This document shows, one piece after another, positions 52,001 to 64,000 of a DNA stretch of 64,000 nt (the first letter of the stretch is position 1; the number at the start of each line of letters is the position of its first letter). The DNA is from Octopus sinensis. Taxonomy: Eukaryota. Under the pieces are notes generated by a model. The model was given only the letters and a program-made list of their open reading frames with translations, searched no databases and was not told the origin of the DNA. Position numbers and translations under genes: made by a program. The stretch spans positions 76,694,001 through 76,758,000 of the forward strand of contig NC_043008.1 in the NCBI RefSeq assembly GCF_006345805.1, in the 5' to 3' direction.

Positions 52001-52129
52001 AAAAAAACAAATCGTATTTTTTCGTCAGGAGAAACTTAATTCAGAGTACGTTCCCATTATGTGCCAGTTTGGCTGTGTAACACTGCAAGCAAGCAAGACT
52101 GAACTTCACTTAGATAATAATCCTTTCTA

Positions 52130-52934
52130 CTGGACGTGCAAAGCCCCAGATTTGTGGGTGGGCGGACTAGTCGATAACACCGACACCAATGTTTCACTGG
52201 TACTTAATTTATCGATCCCGAAAGGATGAAAGTTAAAGTCGACCTCGGCAGAGATTGGACTTGAAACGTAGAGACGGGTGAAATACCGATAAGCATTTCG
52301 ACAAGCGTGCAAACGATTCTGTCAGCTCACCGCCTTAAATAATAATAATAACATTTTCAAATTTTTCCACAAGGGCAGCCATTTTGGGGAAGGAGGTGAG
52401 TCGATTATACCGCCCCCAGTCTTTCACTAGTACTTAATTTATCGACCATGAAAAGATGAAAGGCAAAGATGACTTCGGAAGAATTTTAACGCAGAACGTA
52501 GCGGCAGACGAAATACCTATTTCTTTACCACCCACAAGGGGCCAAACACAGAGAGGACAAACAAGGACAAACAAACGGATTAAGTCGATTACATCGACCC
52601 CAGTGCGTAACTGGTACTTATTTAATCGACCCCGAAAGGATGAAAGGCAAAGTCGACCTCGGCGGAATTTGAACTCAGAACGTAGCGGCAGACGAAATAC
52701 CTATTTCTTTACTACTCACGAGGGGCTAAACAGAGAGAGAACAAACAAGGACAGACAAACGGATTAAGTCGATTATGTCGACCCCAGTGCGTAACTGGTA
52801 CTTATTTAATCGACCCCGAAAGGATGAAAGGCAAAGTCAACCTCGGCGGAATTTGAACTCAGAACGTAGCGGCAGACGAAATACCGCTAAGCATTTCGCC
52901 CAGCGTGCTAACGATTCTGCCAGCTCACCGCCTT
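52130..52934 (-). mobile_element. SINE family B cluster: one multimer (184-bp period) plus an adjacent copy
   Basis: GACGAAATAC at 52507, 52691 and 52875; tRNA-like heads (minus strand GGCGGTGAGCTG) start near 52932 and 52334. Confidence 0.85.
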
Positions 52935-52938
52935 AATA

Positions 52939-53069
<131 letters not shown>

Positions 53070-53083
53070 TAATAATAATAATA

Positions 53084-54041
53084 ATGAAAAAAACGCACGA
53101 GCAATTGGCTGATAGGTGGGAGGAGAAACCTCTGCACGGCAAATATGTGACCCGCAGCAAACAAGCTGATGTTGACCAGAAGCAAACCCATCAGTGGCTG
53201 CGGAGCTCAGGGCTAAAAGCAGAGAGCGAAGGTTTCATCCTGGCTGCTCAAGACCAAAGCCTATTAACCCGGAACTACCAGGCCAATGTGATGAAAAATG
53301 GAGCAGACCCAAAATGCCGATTCTGCAACGACATGATTGAAACAGTGGACCACCTAATCTCTGGATGTAAAGTCTTAGCACCAGTGGAGTATAAATTAAG
53401 ACATGACAGAGTTGGCCAATACCTCCACTGGCTAATAAGTCGGCATTACAATATCAAAACTGCCGACAAGTGGTATAATCACCACCCTGAGGCTGTAACT
53501 GAAGGAGAAAATGTAACCATTCTGTGGGACTTTCCAGTACATACAGACCGAACTATCAAGGCCAATAAACCAGATATTGTTGTGAAAGACCAAAACAATA
53601 AAGTTTGCTTATTGATCGACATGAGCATCCCCTGTAATCATAATATCTCAGCGAAAGAGTTTGACAAGCTCAGAAAATATAAAGACCTACTCATTGAAAT
53701 TGAGAAAATGTGGCATCTCAAGGCGGTTACAATACCAGTGATCGTAGGAGCACTAGGAATGATCAAGAAGGGAACCGAAAATTATATGAGAATGATCCCT
53801 GGCAAGAAGTGCAAAAGATTGTCTTAACTGGTACATCACACGTATTGAGAAGAGCATTGTCGATGTGAGAACTGTTGCTGCTCATGTATTTTAATTTAAC
53901 TTTAAAAAAAAAAAAAAAAAAATGAACGAACTACTGAGTTTGGTTTAATGGCCTACCAATATACACTATGAGTTTCTTTGCCCTAGGAGTCGGGAAGACA
54001 CTCGGCAAGAAATGGAAGAAAATTTGAAAGAAGAAAAAAAA

Positions 54042-54043
<2 letters not shown>
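53084..54043 (+). mobile_element. 5'-truncated, well-preserved RLE-type (R4/Dong-like) LINE within an (AAT)n array
   Basis: A 247-aa frame with LHGKY, EGFILAAQDQSLLTRNY, the CRFC...DHLISGC zinc knuckle, RHDRV, KPDIVV...LLIDMS and PVIVGALG. (AAT)n on both sides (52935-53083 and 54044-54165). Confidence 0.92.
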
Positions 54044-54105
<62 letters not shown>

Positions 54106-54134
54106 TAATAATAATAACAATAATAATAATAATG

Positions 54135-54164
<30 letters not shown>

Positions 54165-54167
<3 letters not shown>

Positions 54168-54527
54168 GTCTTGATGCAGTACTAGACAGTGGCTCTCATG
54201 GCTCCTGATCTTAACTGATAGGAAGTGTTATCATGTACATTGTTTTGTCTTAGTATAATAGCTGGGCCACGGCAAATATTCTGCTCAGTACCACAGATTT
54301 TATTGTCAGTTGTTTGGCTTTAACAAGTTGACCATGTCCGGCTAACGATATGTGCATCTCTGATCATGAGCAGAAGTAGTGGGGGAGCATCATAGCCGTG
54401 TATTGAAAGGAATTCTTAGAGGTTTGGATAATTCACCTTTGGAAACATAGGTGGTTCGTTCAACATCCTTAAACAATCCTTATTCAGGGAACTTTTTGAG
54501 CGGGTGGCATGCACTGCTCTTTCACAC
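54165..54527. repeat. ~360-bp unclassified sequence bracketed by (AAT)n arrays
   Basis: Sharp boundaries with (AAT)n on both sides, no ORF; probably an interspersed repeat or LINE UTR piece (inference). Confidence 0.35.
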
Positions 54528-54607
<80 letters not shown>

Positions 54608-54615
54608 TGATGATG

Positions 54616-54657
<42 letters not shown>

Positions 54658-54671
54658 TAATAATAATAATA

Positions 54672-54707
<36 letters not shown>

Positions 54708-54712
54708 TGATG

Positions 54713-54774
<62 letters not shown>

Positions 54775-54775
54775 C
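54528..54775. repeat. (AAT)n array
   Basis: Directly visible. Confidence 0.95.
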
Positions 54776-55836
54776 CTTTCTACTATAAGAACAAGGGCTG
54801 AAATTTGGGGGCGGGGTAGTCGATTTCATTGACTCCAATATTTGCCTGGTACTTATTTTATCCACCCAACTTGCTGCAGTCTACGAAAATACTTAGTTAT
54901 ATTAGATATCGTTTCTTTATGCGTAGAGAGTGCTGTGTTCTTATTTTGTTGAGTTATTTCAAAATAATATATAAAATATGCAGAACTAAAATCAAAAATA
55001 TCATGAAATATCTCCAGTGTCAAGCGATGTGTCATTCATTTACATCTATCATTTCTGAACATCCGATTTAACGTGTCAAAATCATCTTCGCTATGATTTT
55101 AAACAAAACCATATCTAGCTTCTATTATTTTCTAAAGAAATCAATGTTTCGATTTGAATTCACCGTGAAAAACAAGACTGACAACAAAGTTTCTTCTTAG
55201 AGAAGAAGAAACAGTCATCGTCTCATGTTTAGAACTAAAAGCTATACTAATATAAACCTTTTTGTGTGTGGTTATATTCTGTTTAAAACTACGATTTTCT
55301 TTATACATATTCTTCCGTCTAATATTTAGTTTTCTTTCAAAGAATTCTCGAGACAAGGATAAACTTGTAAGGGAATTGGCTTTATACAGCTTCCAAGTTG
55401 ATTTTATTTATTTTTAATTTCAGCTACTTAAATAAGAACTTGTCTGCTATTTTCATTAATTTCTTGGTTTATATTATTAGTTTTCACCAGTAACAAATTG
55501 TCATTTTCATACCTACAAATATCTTTAATTCTAAATTTATCATATTTTCATAGAATAGTTTGTCTCAGCAATCTCTAAACGTAAGTAGTTGTGCCTCAGT
55601 GGATTAACAATCTCTCGAAACCTGTTTAACTTAAGGAGTAAATATTCCATTTCTCAGTCTTGTCTCATTGTCTGAGAAAAACTTTTAAGATTTATATAAC
55701 ATACTGTACAATTAACAGAACATATTTTACCCACTACAACTCTCAGAATATTTTGAAGATATTTGACACAATAAATGACCATCACTTTAACATCACAACC
55801 ATGAACTATGAAATATATATGAATCTGTGTGTGTGT

Positions 55837-55897
<61 letters not shown>

Positions 55898-56069
55898 TGT
55901 GTGTGTGTGTGTGTGGTGTTATGGATGAGGTTCCCGTGCTGATCTATCCAAAGAGAAGAGAGGCAAAATTTCCGTAGGAAACCAAAATGTGATAACAATT
56001 ATCACTAACACGTTCTTTTATTTACAGAGAAGAAAAACAAATTGTAATTGTTTCAGTTTTTGACACAAC

Positions 56070-57040
56070 AATTTCAGGAGAATAACTAGTCGATTACATC
56101 GACCCCGGTATTTGATTGATACTTTATTTCATCAACTTGGTGAAAATAAAAGGTAAATTTGATCTCGCTTCTGAATTTAAACTCAGAACGAAAAGAACTG
56201 GAAGAAATAGAACCAAGCACTTTTTTGCCATGTCGCCGCTTTTCACAGAAGAAATTATAATCAAACTGCACATTACTATAGAGCAACACAGTAGTTCCCT
56301 CTCCACTACACTCTTTAATACGGAGAAGTCGCTGTACTTCACTGAAGAGATGAAAGAGCACTGAAAAATATTTGCAGATGTTGTGCCTTCATGGCAACAT
56401 TAGATTTAATATCATTATTGAGTAAGCTAATGTTTTCGTCGCCCAACCAAATATGTACTATTTAAATAATAAGATATTTCTCCGCATTGCATTAACGAGA
56501 ATAGTGCTAATTTGGTTATTATTTCGCACGGATCGGGATTCTGAATAGTTTCATTCACTCGTAACAAGTCAACTCTAATAATCCTTTCTTCTGTAGGTTC
56601 AAGGTCTGAAAGGTGGGGCAGGGAAGCGAGTCGATTATATCGATACCAGTACTCAACTGTTACTACTTATTTTGTCGACCCCGAAAGGATGAAAGTCGAC
56701 CTCGGCGGAATTTGAACATAAAACGTAATACCGCTGAGCGTTTTGTCTTGCATGCAAAAGACTTTGCCCCCATACCGCCTTCAAATTAACTCTAATAATA
56801 AGGATTTATTATGTAGCCACACAGCCAGGGTTTTGTGCGGTGGAAGGGAAGATAACTGTTGATTATATCATCATCATCATCAATAGTTGACCTACTTTAT
56901 TATATCGCCACAAGTATTTGATAGAAACTCTATTATATTGCCCTCCTTGCTTCTACTACTTCAGTGGAATTTTACTATATCGACCCCAGAAGAAAACAAA
57001 GGCAAAGATGTCGGTGAGAATTGACCTCAGAACATAAAGG
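56070..57040 (-). mobile_element. three diverged SINE family B fragments (56070-56230, 56580-56782, 56850-57040)
   Basis: Recurrent GTCGATTA(C/T)ATCGA and TCGACCCC..AAAG motifs. Confidence 0.6.
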
Positions 57041-57454
57041 ACTGCAACTAAATAATGTAAGATGTTTTACTTCGGCAATTTCAGCACTTTCTTCTCACAA
57101 CATATCAAAACCAGCTGGATTTGGAACTTCTCCATCTTTTTCACCGTTTTCATCCAAAACGACAGCAAATGAGAAATCAATAATTTTACATCAACAAAAC
57201 AATTCCAAGAGGAGAAAATAAAAAAAAAACTAGCACCAGCTACACCAATCCCAATCATTCTTGTCTAAACATTCTTTAGATTCACATTCCTCTACACTAA
57301 GTGTTCAGGGCAAAATGTTTAATAGATTTCCAATGAAATTGACCAATATTTGTACAGAAATGTTATCCAAGAATGAATTTTACGTCTTACATATTGGCTC
57401 CAATTTCAGTTTGGACATGATACAGCTGTATTGCGTAGACAATGGTACAGATGG

Positions 57455-57538
57455 ACATACATACATACATACATACATACATACATACATACATACATAC
57501 ATACATACATAGAGACAGACGGACAGACACACACACAC

Positions 57539-57628
<90 letters not shown>
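57455..57628. repeat. (ACAT)n and (GATA)n tetranucleotide arrays
   Basis: Directly visible. Confidence 0.95.
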
Positions 57629-57629
<1 letters not shown>

Positions 57630-57846
57630 ACTGAGTGTATATGAAATTTATGCATTGCTGGAGAATTCGTGTTTTATCTTATAATAGGTGAGAAAACGTT
57701 TACGAATTCCAACACTGGCGGTCATGTAAGATCAAAACATTAGCTGTAGTCTATCTTGGTAATGAAATTATAATTATTCTTGCTATATATATGTGTGTGT
57801 ATATTTATGTGTACGTATGTATATATCTGGGTGTCGGGGTGTCCAA

Positions 57847-57925
<79 letters not shown>

Positions 57926-57927
57926 CA

Positions 57928-57971
<44 letters not shown>

Positions 57972-57975
<4 letters not shown>

Positions 57976-58380
57976 AGGAGTGGCTGTGTGGTAAGTAGGT
58001 TGTTTACCAACCACATGGTTCCGGGTTCAGTCCCACTGCGTGGCACCTTGGGCAAGTGTCTTCTACTATAGCCTCGGGCCGACCAATGCCTTGTGAGTGG
58101 ATTTGGTAGACGGAAACTGAAAGAAGCCCGTCGTATATATGTATATATATATATGCGTGTGTGTGTTTGTGTGTCTGTGTTTGTCCCCCTAGCATTGCTT
58201 GACAACCGATGCTGGTGTGTTTATGTCCCCGTTACTTAGCGGTTCGGCAAAAGAGACCGATAGAATAAGTACTGGGCTTACAAAAGAATAAGTCCCGGGG
58301 TCGAGTTGCTCGATTAAAAGCGGTGCTCCAGTATGGCCGCAGTCAAATGACTGAAACAAGTAAAAGAGAAAAAGAGAAAA
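57972..58380 (+). mobile_element. SINE family A, full length
   Basis: Nearly identical to 36866-37284. Confidence 0.9.
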
Positions 58381-58389
58381 GATATATAT

Positions 58390-58955
58390 ATATATATGTA
58401 TATGTAAAAAAATACAAACTGGGACAAGAACGCAAAATATTTAGAAGACGATACAAAAAACACGGACGGGACATTCGAAGCCTTCAATCTTCAGTCAAGA
58501 ACCGGATCATCCTCGCAATTTCGGCTGATTAAACTTGAGATTGCTCCGACCAGGCCAGCCCCAAAGGGAAATCTAAGCCAAGCGCGTTAGATTCCTTGGA
58601 AGAAAGCCTCGAATGTATACAAAACAAGGACGGGAACGAATAAGAATACAAAAATACGTAAAAACAATAATGATAACACGAATAAGAATACGAAAATACG
58701 TAAAAACAATAATGATAATAATAATAACAAAAACAGGACGCCACAGACAGGCGTCTTTTCGACAGGACGGGTGAACTTTGAGCTGGCGCATTAGAAAAAT
58801 GCCTTGGGGCAAAGAGAGAAAAAAATGTGTCTAGCCTCGACGGCTGCTGACCACGAAAAGGACAGCAGTCCAAAGTTAGTCACGTGTGAGGAGAAGAGAG
58901 AGGAAAAGAGGGACAGATGAAGAGAGAAAAAAGGGGAACAAGGAACAAAGGAGGA

Positions 58956-58995
<40 letters not shown>

Positions 58996-59512
58996 CAGAT
59001 CAAAGTGGAGTGCAAAGTGTGAAAGGCGGAGAAATGTTGGAGAGGGGGAGAGAGAGACAGTGTTATAGAGTCGTACCAAGTTTAAAGAAATTATGTACTT
59101 ACATACAAGACCAAAAAGGGTACGGGCGACGCTATATATATATATGTATATGTAAAAAATACAAACTGGGACAAGAACGCAAAACATTTAGAAGACGATA
59201 CAAAAAACACGGACGGGACATTCGAAGCCTTCAATCTTCAGTCAAGAACCGGATCATCCTCGCAATTTCGGCTGATTAATCTTGAGATTGCTCCGACCTG
59301 GCCAGCCCCAAAGCCAAGCGCATTAGATTCCTTGGAAGAAAGCCTCGAATGTATACAAAACGAATAAGAATACAAAAATACGTAAAAACAATAATGATAA
59401 CACGAATAAGAATACGAAAATACGTAAAAACAATAATGATAATAATAATAACAAAAACAGGACGTCACAGACAGGCGTCTTTTCGACAGGACGGGTGAAC
59501 TTTGAGCTGGCG

Positions 59513-59515
<3 letters not shown>
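58390..59515 (-). repeat. partial tandem of the same (TA)n-anchored repeat family as 40715-41812 (~750-bp period)
   Basis: The block ATGTAAAAA(A)ATACAAACTGGGACAAG... at ~58400 and ~59150, separated by a GA-rich tract. Confidence 0.78.
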
Positions 59516-59553
<38 letters not shown>

Positions 59554-59829
59554 CATATAAGGTTCTTCAGTTGCTTTCTTTTTTAATTCTAACCTGAATC
59601 ACTTTTCATTGATGCTTTCCCCGCGTCTCCCTCTAACTGAATAAACTACAACAACATAGTAATTACTCTTTCATTTAATTCCTCTACACCAGTTGCGTCT
59701 TTATGTTGTCTTCCGCTTTTATCACTTTCTCTACATCCTACTGAGCTTATAACGCCACCCTCCATTCTACCCCTGACAGTTGAAATCTTTTTAAGTAACT
59801 AAAAACAATCATATTCTCCCAATTCTCCG

Positions 59830-60881
59830 GGCCGACCCCAGAACTATACGGTCGCTACATAGACGACTGCATAGGCACCACCTCCATTTCCCGCGAACAA
59901 CTCTGCCACTTCATCTCTTTCCTCTCTAATTTCCACCCCTCTCTACAATTCACTTCCACCATCTCCAGTACTTCTGTTAACTTCCTTGATATCTCTCTCA
60001 GCATCGACCACCCCTCCCACTCTCTCACCACCTCCGCCCTCTTCAAACCCATCGGATTCCCACCTCTATCTCAACTTCTCCTCCCATCCCCTACTCCCAG
60101 TTCCTCCGCCTCCGACGCTTGTGCAGCCGTGACCAGGATTTCGAGACCCAGTCTCAATACCTGGCCCGCCTGTTCAGGCATCGAGGATACCCACCTACTC
60201 TGGTCTTGAACGCCCTCGCCCGCGCTCGTCGCATCGACCGCACCACCGCCCTTTCTCCTTCCTCTCACCCCCCACCGCACCCCCTTTCCCCTCCTTTTCC
60301 ACCCCTCTACTCTATCCCTTCGTCGGAAGATACTACGTGCCTTCCGTCGTCTCCAGCTCGATCCCACGACCCGCCCCATTTTCTCCAACCCACCCTTGTC
60401 CTCCTTCAAACGAGCCCGGAACCTACGCGACCTCCTGGTCCGTAACACCCTCTCTTCTTCCCCCTCAGCCCCACACGGATCATTCCCGTGCTCCAGATAC
60501 CGCTGCAACACCTGCCCCTTCATCACCAACACCACTGCTGTCACCGGTTCCAGCCAGCGAACTGTACGTATCAGACATTCTTTTACGTGTACTTCGTCTG
60601 GTCTCATATACTGCATTAAATGCAACCTCTGCGGAATGCTGTATATAGGACGCCCGTTGTCAGACCGATTCGCCGAACATCTAAGGGATATTCGTCTACG
60701 GTCCAACTCTCCCGTCGCACGTCACTTCCGCTCGGCCAGCCATTCCCCCGATGATATCTCTGTGTTTGGTCTCGCCCAAGATAACGGTCCTCCACAATCC
60801 AGGCTTCACTTGGAGCAACGTTTCATTTTCACTCTACAGACCAATACTCCACACGGACTCAACACAGCCCCCTCCTCTTAG
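59830..60881 (+). mobile_element. Penelope-like element 3' half (RT motif C to GIY-YIG; Neptune-like Cys linker)
   Basis: YIDDCIG, FHPSLQFT...VNFLDI, YSQFLRLRRLCS, RGYP, GSFPCSRYRCNTC, FTCTSSGLIYCIKC..C..LYIG, RFAEHLRDI, PHGLN. Confidence 0.9.
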
Positions 60882-60939
60882 TGACTGCGCTCCACCTCTC
60901 CCCACTAGCACCTTTTTTAATATTTTATCCTTATACAGA

Positions 60940-62540
60940 AACACACACACACACATACTCACGTATCCACGAACACACCTACTTCCAACACACCACACAC
61001 ATACAACCTACATGCACATGTACGCACACATACTTCCACACCTATACACACACCCACGCGCACACACACATGCCCGTGCACACACCAACAAACAAGACTC
61101 ATACAGATACGCACTCTTATAAACACCTAGCCGAGACATACACATACACACACGCGCACGTAAGCGCACACACGCACACAAGCACGCGCATGTACATTAC
61201 GCCCACACAACTCCAGAAAAAACCCACACATACGCATACGTTCACACACACACACACATACATACGTACACACACATACATACATACCTTCATACGTACA
61301 TACATACATACACACACACATACACACACACATACATACATACATACACACACACATACACACATACACACATACACGCATGCACACATACATACATACA
61401 CATACATACACACACATACATACATACATACATACATACATACATACATACACACACATACACACTTACACACATACATATATACATACATACATACATA
61501 CATACACACACACATACATACAAACACACACACACATACACACACACATACACACATACATACATACATACATACATACATACATACATACATGCATATG
61601 GGGTTGGCTGTATTGCAGGCGTGCGTCAGTGTGTGTATGTGTGTGCCTGTGGATTCACATACACCCACACCAATTTTTTTTTCCATCAATCTTTCAATTA
61701 TAAAGTGTGTGCTTGCATACATATATATACACACATATAAACACACATATAAACCTCTACATTTGTACACACACGCACATATATGCATACATTCACTCGC
61801 ACGCACGTACACACACACACACACGCATTTACATATATATACAATACACGCACACACACATACACACGTACAAACACACACAAATTCACATACACACCGA
61901 CACATATACATACACACATATAAGCACATACACACACACACACACATACGTGCACAAAAAAACATGCGCACACATACGCACGCACACACGCAAATCTCAC
62001 AACCCCATGGATACACGCATATACATCCATATACGCTTACACACATACACACATACAAACGCACACATACACGCACACAGAACTACACGCACATACATAC
62101 ACACACACACAAATGAACCCACACATACATCCCATACACACGGCACACAATTATACATACACGCACACAATTATACATACATATATATACACACACACGC
62201 ACGTGCAAGCACACACGCACACATACACTAAGTGAAGCACAGTTACTCTCCACACACCCAAACTCTACGCATACACACACGAACACACACATACACACAC
62301 ACACACTACAAACAAAACACACACACATACCTCTTTGTTTTTGACCTGTGGTTGGACACAAAAAACACTACTCCTTATTCTTACATACTCGCCAGCTACT
62401 CGCCATACACACATACACACACATACACACACACACGCACACACGCGCACACACACACACACGTGTCATCATTGCACACATACACACACGCGCGCACACG
62501 CAGACCACCGCGCACGCACACATCCACGCACATTCCCCTC
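60940..62540. repeat. 1.6-kb degenerate (CA)n/(CATA)n low-complexity tract
   Basis: Directly visible; source of the 411-aa and 319-aa spurious ORFs. Confidence 0.9.
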
Positions 62541-62704
62541 TCACTTTCCTTGTCTTTACCATACTGTCTTTGAAAACTCTCCTGTCTTTAAAAAACATTA
62601 TTCTTCCACCTTTCTACTTCCGGTCTTTCAATATGTGACCTCGTGAGTACCGCTGCCAATTTTTTTCCTCTGTCTTCCCTTCTCGGGATCTTTCCTTCTC
62701 CTAT

Positions 62705-62739
62705 GTTTCCGACGAAGAGCTCCACTCGAAACGTTAAAC
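62705..62739 (+). ncRNA. minimal type I hammerhead-like motif in the presumed pseudo-LTR of the upstream PLE
   Basis: GTTT-CCGACGA-A-GAG-CTCCA-CTC-GAAA-CG-TT-AAAC: stem I GTTT/AAAC, stem II GAG/CTC, palindromic ACGT stem III. U4 is replaced by C and there is an extra A. Confidence 0.55.
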
Positions 62740-63234
62740 CCTCCTTCTTCCATTCTTTCCTGAGCGTCCAATAATACTTTATTTGTTCCACGTCCTCGCG
62801 TTGCTGTGTTTTTTTGTGTTTTCTTGTTTGGATTAACTTTAAAAACAATCATAGCCTACTTAATTTATATTCCTTGCCCTAGTACTCAGATTTAAAGTTT
62901 GACCATCTCTAGACTAGACGAATATCTGAATTTATTGTCTGCCATTTTTGCACTTTTAGCAGTAATACCTCATTCCTAATATTTATTAAACATCTCCTAA
63001 CAAATCATTATTTATTAACATCTCTTGTCTAGATTAATTCATCCAGTGTGTACGCGGCTATATATTAGTTTACAAACATCATAACTAGAGGACTATGAGT
63101 TTCTCGTTATATAATCAATATAGTATCACCGATATGTCAGTGTCGTCGCTCTTTAACTTGTTTTCGGACATATATTTGTCACACATGCGTAACTGAAAAA
63201 GCGAATAGATGTGATACCAAAATCTTCACCCTTC

Positions 63235-63281
<47 letters not shown>

Positions 63282-63459
63282 CAAAATTAGAAAATGGAGA
63301 AACATACTTAAATCAATAAAACATCAAGTATCAGATGATACCCAATCAATACTTTATTACACCATTACATATCAGTAAAGGCATTATACAAAATATACAG
63401 TAAAAGTAAATAGACAAAGAGATATAAGTATAAAATTTCAAATATAATATGTAATTAAA

Positions 63460-63579
63460 TCAAATCTGACAGCTGTTTCGGCAGTGAGGGCAGTCATACC
63501 TCATTTAACCTATAAGCCATAAAGGCAGGTATAAATGAGGCATTAACAAGGATGCCCCACGGCCTCTTCAGAGAATTAA
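63460..63579 (-). ncRNA. type I hammerhead ribozyme with an intact core and a long branched stem II
   Basis: Minus strand: TTAATTCT-CTGAAGA-GGC...GCC-GAAA-CAGCTG-TC-AGATTTGA; GUC triplet, predicted cut between 63468 and 63467. Confidence 0.75.
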
Positions 63580-63907
63580 ATTTGTTATAATAGTGAAAAA
63601 GATTATTTAACCATATACATATAAATATAAAATATAAAATATAAAATATAAAAACTTATACATAAACTTCATAATGCTACACTTATATAATATAATACTC
63701 ATTGGTACAATAATGCAAGGTAAACAGAACAAAATAAAACAAAATATATATCAGTGTATATATTAATATTAATAAGCACCGTTATTATACATATTTGGCT
63801 AATAGTTTTTAAAAAAAACTAACACATAGGGAGATGAAAAATAATAAAATCATGGTTCAGTTCACAAAATTATATTATATGTTTGTGTGTGTGTGTATGC
63901 ATACGTA

Positions 63908-63960
63908 GGCGCAGGAGTCGCTGTGTGGTAAGTAGCTTGCTTCCCGACGTAGTTCCTGGT
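63908..63960 (+). mobile_element. SINE family A head fragment
   Basis: GGCGCAGGAGTCGCTGTGTGGTAAGTAGCTTGCTT. Confidence 0.7.
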
Positions 63961-64000
63961 TTATCGTACTGGTAGGATTTTACTACTGTTTTGTTGGATT

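Noticed and set aside
52340-52934. Regularly spaced repeats that could be mistaken for a CRISPR array
   Set aside because: The whole 184-bp unit is repeated with no unique spacers, there are no cas genes, and the context is eukaryotic.
56342-56375. CTGAAGA ... GAAA-AATATT
   Set aside because: Stem II does not pair and there is no UH triplet or stem I; likely chance.
57060-57200. Minus-strand frame DFSFAVVLDENGEKDGEVPNPAGFDML that looks protein-like
   Set aside because: Short, interrupted by a stop, and no family recognised.
60881-62116. 411-aa His/Thr/Ile/Tyr-rich ORF and overlapping antisense ORFs
   Set aside because: Translation of (CA)/(CATA) repeats that lack stop codons; not evidence of a gene.

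Overview
AT-rich eukaryotic genomic DNA saturated with repeats. The (TA)n/(ACAT)n/(AAT)n microsatellites and the two abundant tRNA-derived SINE families suggest an octopus-type cephalopod genome (inferred, not verified). I could not support any host protein-coding exon; most ORF-track entries are microsatellite translations. Recognisable content: (i) four Penelope-like retroelement (PLE) remnants with RT and/or GIY-YIG domains; (ii) four RLE-type (R4/Dong-like) LINE remnants, two of them ending in (AAT)n arrays; (iii) CR1-group LINE pieces whose 3' tail is shared with SINE family A, plus older LINE relics; (iv) five Tc1/mariner-superfamily elements, including a mariner nested in a Tc1 transposase; (v) MITEs and non-autonomous Helitron ends; (vi) many SINEs. 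The most notable signal is a set of non-coding, (TA)n-anchored, tandem or inverted repeat units carrying type I hammerhead-ribozyme motifs (63.5 kb, 62.7 kb, 20.5 kb, and a 1.1-kb foldback at 31.8-32.9 kb). These are candidate PLE pseudo-LTRs or retrozyme-like elements. All folds and alignments were done by eye, and element boundaries without terminal repeats are approximate.
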